A DNA stretch of 32,845 nucleotides from positions 1 to 32,845 of IMG/VR virus record IMGVR_UViG_3300028548_005859; one strand, given 5' to 3'. The stretch is from a virus. Its lineage: Duplodnaviria; Caudoviricetes. The notes beneath the pieces are model-generated. The model was not told where the DNA came from. It saw only the letters and a program-made list of their open reading frames with translations, and made no database searches. The position numbers were made by a program, and so were the translations under genes. Positions 17,701-25,400 of the stretch are shown in pieces; the stretch's first letter is position 1, and each line of letters begins with the position of its first letter.

Positions 17701-18446
17701 GTATCTGATTCTGGAGTAACAAGAGTCTCCGATACCGTAAATCCAACACGATAAGATGGAGTGTTATCATACTTATCAAGAACAATAGTTTCTTCTTCGC
17801 AAATAGTAAACATACCGCGAATATAATATACACCAGATTGTACAGTTACAGCCGATCCTTTTCTAGATGCAGGCCCCAAAGAACTTGCAAGATTTAAAGC
17901 AGTTGATCCTGTAGCTGCACTAAATGATGAGGTAAAGGTAATTGCAGATGCAACATTAGAAGAGTAAGATGTAGTGTGAGTTATACCAGCATTTGCAGAA
18001 ATATTTTCTCCATCAGCAAACGAAGCTGTAATATTATCCGTACCTGTTGCAAGATATCTAATATAAAGAGTAGGTTGTTCTGTCGTTGTTGCAGCATCAA
18101 ATCCTACAACAACAGCAGTAACACCAGTAGTTGCACCAGTAATAGTAACAGGTGTTGTAGAATTAAAATACTGTGAAGGGTCTACAGTTTCAGAAGTAAA
18201 GGTTGATGCTAATTTTAGAGAATAAAATTTTGTATTTAATGAAGATTGACCTGGAATAACCAAAGCACCTTCAGCAAAAATATGACTCCCATGTCTTTCT
18301 ATTTGATTTTGTAGTGAAGATTGTAGTTGCGTTAATTCTCTAGCTTGAATTGCAAATCCAGGGCGAAATAATACTCTGTTAAAATTATCTGTTTCATCAA
18401 AATCATCGTAATATGGAGAAACATTTAAATCGGTTTTTTGTACCAT
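11790..18446 (-). CDS. Large VrlC-like (DUF4815-type) baseplate-associated structural protein
   Basis: N-terminus LNVSPYYDDFD...RVLFRPG..IQARELTQLQS.LQNQ, plus ARRTFDESGNY, RFTMKDIG.IERR, RFKSGFVVDNF and DPLSQTF. Lies directly after gp8. Confidence 0.88.
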   Translation of the reverse strand: MVQKTDLNVSPYYDDFDETDNFNRVLFRPGFAIQARELTQLQSSLQNQIERHGSHIFAEGALVIPGQSSLNTKFYSLKLASTFTSETVDPSQYFNSTTPVTITGATTGVTAVVVGFDAATTTEQPTLYIRYLATGTDNITASFADGENISANAGITHTTSYSSNVASAITFTSSFSAATGSTALNLASSLGPASRKGSAVTVQSGVYYIRGMFTICEEETIVLDKYDNTPSYRVGFTVSETLVTPESDTSLLDNSTGSSNFAAKGAHRLQISLALAKLDRNSEADSTFVELMNVKDGVIQTQVRNTEYSVLEETLARRTFDESGNYTVRPFQFSSKESVTTSVGNEDFIGTFANGSTTDDGNTASSSLLSLQVSPGKAYVSGFEIEKIAPTFKDVNKARDFETINAGISTFDLGNFAFITNIFGTPDVTFISGESTAFKTLELYNDTILTRGSARGELIGVARARSIEFSSGAAGASSSNNTSIYKLYMFDIRPFTKLTLSGTPSPTLIASHANGGVLITGATSGATGFVFESGTSITSINLTNVAGTFVVGEKLVASDSSEVGGIIETVGDVDITVATVTSNTFSDLRSVHMQDIDNGQDFTADFVLEAASGEEGSIILDGTDGNGADAGSDVIEEEDLGIEAIGRETPTFARLKDAQKNRSIFKLPKKVIKTLLTASNGGATDTQYTVRRQFVGTTNASGVVTFSAGSNETFASFAEKDFTMSILAAGDGSGVQGDLVTLSGKTSGVGTAALTVTDDTILADSAKVKLFATILKTSVSHKTKTTNLMKQVKVVTGATDAFGTRPTDKIVSLGRADVFNLAAVFDSEDVSVDASAPTLTIGTISGTFTRGEKITGSFSGATARIISTSSPISFVSTNNTKFSTFDTITGESSTATGIVSATTDGSDVVTSRYTLDTGQRDNYYDIARIVRRPGSSAPTGRLLVIHDYLEHGSGDVMTVDSYTDVANQMDFEDIPTYSATKVDPDAPKPSGDFPLMDTYDFRPRVEDILGASSTLSTIDEITGNSFDFFHRQYDGAGSSTVDVCKPGSTIQSDFEFFLSKIAVLSMDAEGFINVVEGVGAEEPITPKSPDSSMKLATLFLPAFTFKPTDVQIQRERNQRFTMKDIGEIERRLDHVEYYTALNLLERDAESFEVTDANGLSRFKSGFVVDNFSGHRLGDVAHKDYKCAMDMQLGHLRPKHVTKGLFIEESVSTDVERTLAGYQKTGDLITLPYTEETFTEQPYASRIEKVAPFLSHEWVGTIELSPDSDEWFETEVAPELIINVDGNFNAVTASVENQIGTIWNAWQTQWSGTTSRTEILRADDPQGASGLGRTTTSVRTDRSRTGIRTNVIEQVDREAQGLRVVSRALIPVMRARTISFIGTGFRPNTKLFVFFDKLDVNVHVTPLNNTYSTDTTVIAGSPLITTNVGKVEGTFVIPDPKIDGNLKFSTGEVQFRLTSSSKNLTGSDASADTNSTADALTDSLTTAGNAIYTAKGILETEQETIIATRNATVVQTALNQSSSTSRVISRDVFQIGDDDGDDPLSQTFTVQGSSGSDGRFITSLDLFFSDKDETLPMRVEIRNVINGYPGKKILPFGRVIKDASDINTSNTGATATTFTFKSPVYVKPGTEYCISVISVSQEYKVWVARMGETDIGGTRTISEQPHTGVLFKSSNNSTWAPSFLEDLKFKLKTAKFKANTSGTLTMQNTVIPVRTLAVNSIFLEDGSTTVKVKHIDHHMYSTSNNVTIDGVKSGASTTLNGDITATAATLTLTSGTNFDDTTGKYANSASSEWFIKIDDEIMKYTAISGNNVSVLSRGENSTTAATHADGATVELYIIHRVPLTEINKTHTSLANIGIDSYTITLTSPPVINGATALVNGAISSTTALVVDGNRGTIEVGMSVSGTGVDSGITVTTVTNQNTLVLSGAESLSDNVVLTFAKSGVAEIGGSVITATENAIIDYVQTMIGSLELPGTTIETSIRPTTSTSASGAQTSFSTLSAANARTIPLNDNYKFDLPHMVCSGINETNELSGIKSLFIPIKLTTTSTTVSPVIDLQRTSLFAISNRLDNIDTSSDVYPTTDFFPSTEPEGDNNAAIYITKQIALENPASALKVLFSAHRPATSEIKVLFKLLRTDDASDFDDLGYTNFNTDGSPDEVVPASADNEDFREYSYTGGVTDDGIGESLDEFISFQIKIIMQGTNSAEPPRISEFRAMALVT

Positions 18447-18450
18447 ACTA

Positions 18451-19950
18451 TTAGAACTCCACTATAATTTTGATATCTTCTGTTTGATCTGTAGATCTTG
18501 ATATTGGTTTTCTATTTTCTCTATAAATAATATTTCCACTATCCGGTTGAAGCTCTGGGTTCGCAAATCCATTAGTAAACGTGATAGTATTTCCACCTTC
18601 CAAACTTACAGCTGAATCAGCAGTTAAGTCTGGTGTGCCTGTTGCAGAAGAACTAGCTCCTGTGACCGTACCAGATCCAGAGAACACATAATAAGCACCA
18701 TCTGAACTTAATGTACCAAATCCTCCAAACCTTTCCTGTTGATAATAAAGAATTTTAAGTGTAGAATCATATTCTACAACTGTACCAGTTGCAACAACAC
18801 TATCTGAATTTGTATGTGTGATTACTTCATCAGCAGTAAATGTGCCAGGCGAACCACTAAACTTCATAGCATAAGTTGTTCTAAATGATGAAGCAGAACC
18901 TACGGTTGATGTTCCAAAAGTTGTAGGATCAACTACTAAATTAATATTTCTAAAATCGTTTCCAGTTAAGAAGTCATCACTATCAGCACCTTCAAGACTA
19001 GTTTGTAACAGAACGAAATGACCACCTAGTTCATTTACAGCATTAGAACCATGACCACCTTTTGGGGAAATAAATACTGATATTGCTGAACTTGATCCAC
19101 CGATTGCAGATGCACTAGTTAGTGCTGCGTCTGAGAATGTAAACCCACTACCAAGATTAACTGTACCAAAAGTGTAACCAGCACCAGCTTGTTGTACACC
19201 AGTATTACCAGTTGATACCGCTGAAATAATAGTACCAGAAACTGTAATTTTTACAATTGCACCACTAGAAGTTCCAGCAGAAGTTCCATCTCCATATACT
19301 GCTGCAAAGTATGTTCCGTTAGTTAAACCACTACCCGTATTAGTAACAGAAATTGATTCGATTGCACCGTTTACAGCAGCTGCACTTACTACACTGTCTG
19401 TAGTTACAGGCATAAAGTCCGTTGTTAAAAATGTTGCTTGTTCTGCAGCAGTAATAGAATACATATATTTAAGAGTGTATCCACCTAGAACAAAACTAGA
19501 AGTTGACTCTGATGTAGGTTCAGCACCACTATATGCAGCTCCAGAATTATTATCTAATACTTTATAAATTCTGTTATCAGAAGTTCTAAAGAAGAATGTA
19601 GAATCGAATATGTTTGTAGCGCCAGATGTTGTTGCATTTGATGAACTAACATTGTCTCCATACATATCATATATTGTACTATTTGCCCAATCTCTGCGAG
19701 GTAATGCAAAAGTTATGTTTGTTGAAGAAATCTTTTTTGCAGCAAGAGCACTATCCCAAGCATAAAACTCACTTGAAATATCATCTGCTGGTACTGGGGG
19801 TGAATCATCACTTCCTCCAGAAGTTGCAGAAGTAAATGCATTTGGTTTGCCTATCATGAGATAATAAACATTTCCAGAAGCTTCAGTAAAAGACTCAAAA
19901 AATTGTGTCGCATTATGACTTCTAAACTTCTCTGTAATTATTGCTGTCAT
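18451..19950 (-). CDS. gp8: Baseplate wedge subunit
   Basis: MTAIITEKFR N-terminus, YKVLDNN, GYTLKYMY, PKGGHGSNAVNELGG, and C-terminal YRENRKPISRSTDQTEDIKIIVEF. Confidence 0.93.
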   Translation of the reverse strand: MTAIITEKFRSHNATQFFESFTEASGNVYYLMIGKPNAFTSATSGGSDDSPPVPADDISSEFYAWDSALAAKKISSTNITFALPRRDWANSTIYDMYGDNVSSSNATTSGATNIFDSTFFFRTSDNRIYKVLDNNSGAAYSGAEPTSESTSSFVLGGYTLKYMYSITAAEQATFLTTDFMPVTTDSVVSAAAVNGAIESISVTNTGSGLTNGTYFAAVYGDGTSAGTSSGAIVKITVSGTIISAVSTGNTGVQQAGAGYTFGTVNLGSGFTFSDAALTSASAIGGSSSAISVFISPKGGHGSNAVNELGGHFVLLQTSLEGADSDDFLTGNDFRNINLVVDPTTFGTSTVGSASSFRTTYAMKFSGSPGTFTADEVITHTNSDSVVATGTVVEYDSTLKILYYQQERFGGFGTLSSDGAYYVFSGSGTVTGASSSATGTPDLTADSAVSLEGGNTITFTNGFANPELQPDSGNIIYRENRKPISRSTDQTEDIKIIVEF

Positions 19951-19979
19951 TTATTTATCCTACAATAGTTTCTTTCTTT

Positions 19980-19987
19980 TATTTATA
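19980..19987 (-). promoter_or_regulatory. Late promoter TATAAATA for the gp8-VrlC-fibre unit
   Basis: Intergenic TATTTATA about 30 nt upstream of the gp8 ATG. Confidence 0.8.
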
Positions 19988-20030
19988 AGAGTTATCAATA
20001 AGGTTTTGGATAATAGGAGTAATTATTCTA

Positions 20031-20813
20031 TTAAGCCGATGCCAAAGCAATTACGGACATGCTTACATGATTTACTGTCCCAGTAAGAGTGGAGGTTGTA
20101 GTTATTGTTCCACCTCCTGATTTCGCTGCTCCTGTACTTCTAAATCGCCCATTACCAGGCGAGCCTCCACCATAATATCCATCTATATCTTCATCGTCAG
20201 CAGTAAGACCACCTGTCCAGACGTTCGAAACGCCTGTTCCAAAATTATGTGCAATTGCTCCCATAATTAAACTTCCAGCTGGAATATCTGCTATTTCAAC
20301 AGCTAAAACTAAACCTGATTGAGAACCTGTGTGCGTAGTTCCACCAGAAAGTACATCAGTAAGTGTGGCCCCTAGTACCGAATATACGTCTATCCCGCAG
20401 CTAAAAGCACCGTTCTCTACATCTATCACGACTGTGACGGAAGTTCCAGATGGCACCGTAGCAGCAATCCAGTTAGTTGTTTGATCGGCAGCTTCTTTTG
20501 TGGCAACAATTAGTGTTGCTTGAACACTATTTATAGTAGTGCCACTACCTTGAACAACTAACTTACCTTGATTAGAAGTAGTAACAGCAATTACTATTAA
20601 TCGATCATCTTGCTCATCACTTCCGATATCGACGCTTGAAAAAGTATATGAATTTTGGCTTGTTGCTCCACTGAAAGCTGAGTGGGTGTGTTCATGTGAA
20701 ATCCCCGTGATCCAAGTGTTTAAATTTACAGATGTTATACTAGTTGCGGCAGTTCCGTTCCAAGAAGCAATGTTATCTTCTGCTATACCATTAATTGTTG
20801 AAATATCTGGCAT
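20031..20813 (-). CDS. Hypothetical beta-rich protein (260 aa), candidate fibre tip/adhesin
   Basis: TAATG-coupled to the 542-aa fibre. Triple 11-aa N-terminal repeat, a beta-sandwich-like body (SYTFSSVDIG...DRLIVIAV), and GC-richer codons. Confidence 0.6.
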   Translation of the reverse strand: MPDISTINGIAEDNIASWNGTAATSITSVNLNTWITGISHEHTHSAFSGATSQNSYTFSSVDIGSDEQDDRLIVIAVTTSNQGKLVVQGSGTTINSVQATLIVATKEAADQTTNWIAATVPSGTSVTVVIDVENGAFSCGIDVYSVLGATLTDVLSGGTTHTGSQSGLVLAVEIADIPAGSLIMGAIAHNFGTGVSNVWTGGLTADDEDIDGYYGGGSPGNGRFRSTGAAKSGGGTITTTSTLTGTVNHVSMSVIALASA

Positions 20814-22441
20814 TATGCCAACACCACAAAGTCACTTGAAGGTTGAAAAAAAACAACATCAGCAGTTAAAGCATATCCTACAGTACGAACAATATCTCCA
20901 GAACCAGTAGGCTTTGTATGTGTCATGGCTCCAAGAGTTCCACTAACGTAAAGTGCTGCGCCTGGAGTAAAGTTAAATGTATCATCTCGTACAAACGCAC
21001 CAGGTAATGCTACGTTTACAGCGGCACCACTAGATGCTGCTGCTAACGTAAGACCCATCATATTAATTGAAGTTCCTGTCGCATCTGCATCAGCTTCTAA
21101 CCATGTTGAACTACTTCCTAAGATTACCAAGTCAAATGCAGCTGCTGCATAACCAGCATTTAATGTATTGGTTTGCGGGCCGGTTGCTGTGTGATCTGTT
21201 GGTGGTGTAGCATCTAACTGAAACGGTGCTTGAAGTCCTGCTAAACTAAAGTGTGCTGCGTCGATAGAAGCATCAGTATAGTGTTCACTATCAATAGCAT
21301 CATCTGCAATTTTAGCACTCGTAATAGCGTCTGCTTGAATGTCAGCAGTTTCTACTGTATTGTTAGGAAAAAGAGGCACAGCAGTAAATGTGTGTACACC
21401 TGTTGTTGTAGCTGTTCCACTAATCTCGACATTAGCATTTATATCAACAAGAGTTGCATTTAATTCTATCTCATCTGTAGCGTTAATATCTAAAATTGCA
21501 TTACTAGGAGCGCCAATATTCTGACTTGCATCATTAAACTGTATGACGTTTGTACTATTTAATAAAATACCAGTATCATGAACGTGTGTTAATGAAACTT
21601 CATCATTAGCACCAAATGATAATATTGCGCCGTCATGCTGTAATTCTAAATCTTGCGTTAATGTTACATCGCCATCTGCCCCTATTGCTATAGCATCAGG
21701 GTCAGAAGCAGAACCAATAGTACCAACATCTTTAATTAAAATATCATCAACGAATGTTACAATACCAGTAGAAGCAATCGTTATAGCAGAGGTAGAGGAA
21801 GCAACACCGATTGTAGCCGCATCTTTAAGAACTAAGTCATCTACTAATGTCACTATACCCGTTGATGCAATTGTAATAGCAGAGGTAGAGGAAGCAACAC
21901 CAATTGTTGCAGCGTCCTTTAAAACAATATCATCTACAAAGGTAACGATACCTGTAGAGGCAAGAGTCATTACAGCTGCAACCGAAGCATTACCTATCGT
22001 ATAACCATCAGCACCCTTAAAGGCACCAGTTGTTGTTATTGCACCAACACCTAAAGTTCCTGCTAATGTTACGTTTGCACCAGAAAATGTTGCGGCTGTC
22101 GTTGTACCAGACTTGATAATAAGATTACCACTAGTATTAGTTGCACTACCAAAAGTAGTTCCAGCATCCTTGAAGAAAATATCTCCACCATCTGCATCCA
22201 AAATAATATCTGTAGTTGCATCAAGAGTAATTGTAGAACCAGAATCTATTTCAGTTATGATAGGAGCAACTAAAGTAATAACTGTACCAGAAGCACTAAT
22301 ACCAGAAGATAAAGCATCGCCGTCACCAAGAGCAGTATAAAGTTCAACAAAGTTATCGTTGATCTTATCACCACCAACTCTTAGACTATCACCTGTGCCG
22401 TCATCTGCTGCAGATCCTAATTCTAATGATTGTAATGCCAT
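20813..22441 (-). CDS. Fibre-like protein (542 aa) with a gp9/gp10-type N-terminal anchor
   Basis: DDGTGDSLRVGGDKINDNFVELYTALG N-terminus, 31-aa repeats, 10-aa AITSAKIADD-type repeats, and a C-terminal PGAALYVS...PTGSGDIVRTVGYA domain. Confidence 0.8.
   Translation of the reverse strand: MALQSLELGSAADDGTGDSLRVGGDKINDNFVELYTALGDGDALSSGISASGTVITLVAPIITEIDSGSTITLDATTDIILDADGGDIFFKDAGTTFGSATNTSGNLIIKSGTTTAATFSGANVTLAGTLGVGAITTTGAFKGADGYTIGNASVAAVMTLASTGIVTFVDDIVLKDAATIGVASSTSAITIASTGIVTLVDDLVLKDAATIGVASSTSAITIASTGIVTFVDDILIKDVGTIGSASDPDAIAIGADGDVTLTQDLELQHDGAILSFGANDEVSLTHVHDTGILLNSTNVIQFNDASQNIGAPSNAILDINATDEIELNATLVDINANVEISGTATTTGVHTFTAVPLFPNNTVETADIQADAITSAKIADDAIDSEHYTDASIDAAHFSLAGLQAPFQLDATPPTDHTATGPQTNTLNAGYAAAAFDLVILGSSSTWLEADADATGTSINMMGLTLAAASSGAAVNVALPGAFVRDDTFNFTPGAALYVSGTLGAMTHTKPTGSGDIVRTVGYALTADVVFFQPSSDFVVLA
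21659..21997 (-). repeat. 93-nt (31-aa) tandem repeat, 3 full + 1 partial copies, same family as 10251..10961
   Basis: IGVASSTSAITIASTGIVT.VDD..LKD..T. A 41-nt exact match links 21894..21934 and 10858..10898. Confidence 0.93.
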
Positions 22442-22462
22442 TTTTTATTCCTTAATTATATC

Positions 22463-22470
22463 TATTTATA
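22463..22470 (-). promoter_or_regulatory. Late promoter TATAAATA for the 542-aa fibre + 260-aa gene
   Basis: TATTTATA in the gap after the gp7-like stop, followed by a TAAGGA RBS. Confidence 0.8.
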
Positions 22471-22473
22471 AGA

Positions 22474-25400
22474 TTAAATTGTACGATCAAAGGTACTTTC
22501 TATTTGATCAAATCTAAATTGATTTGAATCAAATCCACCTTGTATGGATGTATCAACTTTAACAACTGCATTTGAAAGTTGATCTAAGAATGAACCTTTT
22601 TCTTCTTTTATATTAGAACCAGCATTTGTAGAATCTGAATCTGTACCATCAAGAACTATGTTATCAAATCCTGTACCCCTAAAGATATTTTCATTATCTT
22701 CTAATTTAATAGGAGCATTTTCATTTTCTACACCAAAAGTTTCTGTAGAACCAGTAGCATCTAATACGAGATTACCAAAAGAACCACCATCTGTTCCAGT
22801 TTCAATTTGAATATTAGTAACTTCAAAATTAGTACTTTCTAATCTCATAGTACCAATATTTCTAGATTCTATATCAGCTGGTAAAACAAAAGGTTCTACA
22901 TCTGAATTTGTAAAGTTTTCTGGTGGTATTGTTCCAGTTAAATCAAATCCATGTGTTGTTCTTTTAAGAACTTCATCTTCTGGTATTATTCTTTGAAACT
23001 CTAAAGATATTTTATTTTGACGGCCAACTCCAGTTTCATCCTCTAGTAACATTTCGTCACCATGAGTACCAGATACAGTTGAACCATCTTCTAATCTAAA
23101 TGAACCTATTTCATCTGTCTCTTGAAGAATACCAAATACTTCTCCACCACCTGTAGGATCAACAATAAATATATCTGGCCGTATAATATCTTCTAATACA
23201 AATAAGTTGAAATTAAATTGTGACTCACCTTGAAGTAAATCACCACCATGCCTACCTGTTTCATCAAATGCATCTAATAAAATATTATCACCAGCATTTG
23301 TAGAACTACCATCAGTACCGTTTAGAACTATATTATCGTCTGTATAGTTTGCAAATTGTTTAAAATCAAATCCAGAGTCATAGTTTAAATCTGAGAAATC
23401 TTCCAATTGCAATTCATCTCCAGCACCATCAATTCTATTAACACTACCTTTTTTATTTATTTGTTCAAATCCATTTAGTAATAAAACTCCAGATAATGCT
23501 GTACCAAATTCTAATTCAATACCACCACCATCAGTATGTCCTGTAAATGGATTTTCTGCTATAGTTATTAAACCACTAGTTAAAGAAGATGCTTGTATAC
23601 TAGGTAAGTGTATCTTTCTTGATACTACGGAAATAACAGATCGTTCAAAATTGTTTGTATTACCTTTACCCGCACTTTCTAGATACTGAGTTCCACCACT
23701 TTCATTTAATATATTATTATCACTATCTACAACACCTATATCTAAAGTAAAGAAGCTAGTTAAATCACATAATGATTGTTCTAATTCTATATTATCTCCA
23801 TCACTAGTTCCAGAAGAATCAATACCATCCAGAAGGAAAGCACTACCAGTATCTGTTGGTGTAATATGATTACTATCTGGAGTACTGTTAATAAGTAAAC
23901 TATTAGATATAGTTTCAGCACTTTCAGAAATAATTTTATCACCATCACTTTCATCTACAAGAACACCAAACTCTCCAGCTCCAGTTCCATGAGTTATTGA
24001 AATACCTTCGAAGTCTAGGAAGTTAAGAGGTAGTGTTTCACTTACTAGTTTAAATCCAGAATTAGTAGAACTTGAATCTGTACCATCAAGAATTAACTCA
24101 CCAATATTAGTTTCATTATTTTCTAATAAAATTTCGTCATTAAAGTTATTAACGCCATATCCTTCAGAAACTCCCATACGAGTTTGTACTTTTTCGTCAA
24201 ACAATATTCTAAATGTAGAAGCAAGTATAGGAGAGAATGTATCAGTATCAGCAGTATAACCACCACCAAGACTTGAACCAACTGTTCCTATTGCAACAGA
24301 AATTGATGTTGCTAAAGAAACTTTACCAAACACATTAAATCCAGCTGGGTGAACAGCCTTCTTTAACTGTGTTATGTAATCTGTTGTTGCAGCACCAGTT
24401 TCAATTTGATATGAAAATTGTTGATAGAAAACAGAATCTTGCAAACGGTTTAAATTTTCTCCAACAAGACTTTCAATATTAGAACCATAAGAAGGAACAG
24501 TTTCGGCTTGAGTACCAATAGCAGTTGTACCCTTTCCAATTTCAGCAGAAACAATCGTTGCAGTAGCACCCCCAGAATCCGTGATAGTAACAGGAGTTGT
24601 GAGAAAATCTATAGGATCTTCATTAATTAAGTTAGCACCAATATCAGTACTATTTACATCTGTACCATCAAGAGCAATACTTCCATCAAGAGCTTCAGCA
24701 TCACCTAAGAGAAGATCATTAAAGTTTAATGAATTAGCATCAGTACCATTTAGAATGATAGAATTACCAATACTCTCATTTATGATATTGTCGCCAGCAT
24801 CAGTACCAGATGCATCAGTACCTTCTAATAGAAGATGAATTTCATTTACCGTACCATACTCTATATCGGCATCTAATAAAATATTATCACCATCATCATC
24901 TAATGTAGCTACAGCTGCACTATCTTCTGTAACAAACCTATCTCTTACATGAGCTCCAGATTCAAAATATCTTTCAGTAGATAAACCTTCTGTTTCAAAT
25001 ATTAATAAATCACCATCTTGTTCTGATATTAACTTATCATAACTACTTCTACCATTTGTAGGATCAACAGAACCATCTCCAAATCCAGCTGCAGTTTCTA
25101 ATGCAATAGCAGAATGATCTAAACCTTCGTGAAGGAATATACCAATTCGTGTATCCTCTACTACAAGAAATCCATCACTACCATTATCTGTATCATCTTC
25201 TAAAGTAAAGTAATCTAATTGTTTACCAGAGAAAGATGAATCTAATACAAAATTATTTCCATTTTCATCTACTAGTTGATCTTCTTCAACTAAAATATTA
25301 TCTGCTTGAAGATCACCCTCACCATCTCTATCACTCAGTTCAAGCAAACTTTTTTCTAATTCAATATCATTACTATCGCCATCTTCCATAGTAATTCTTA

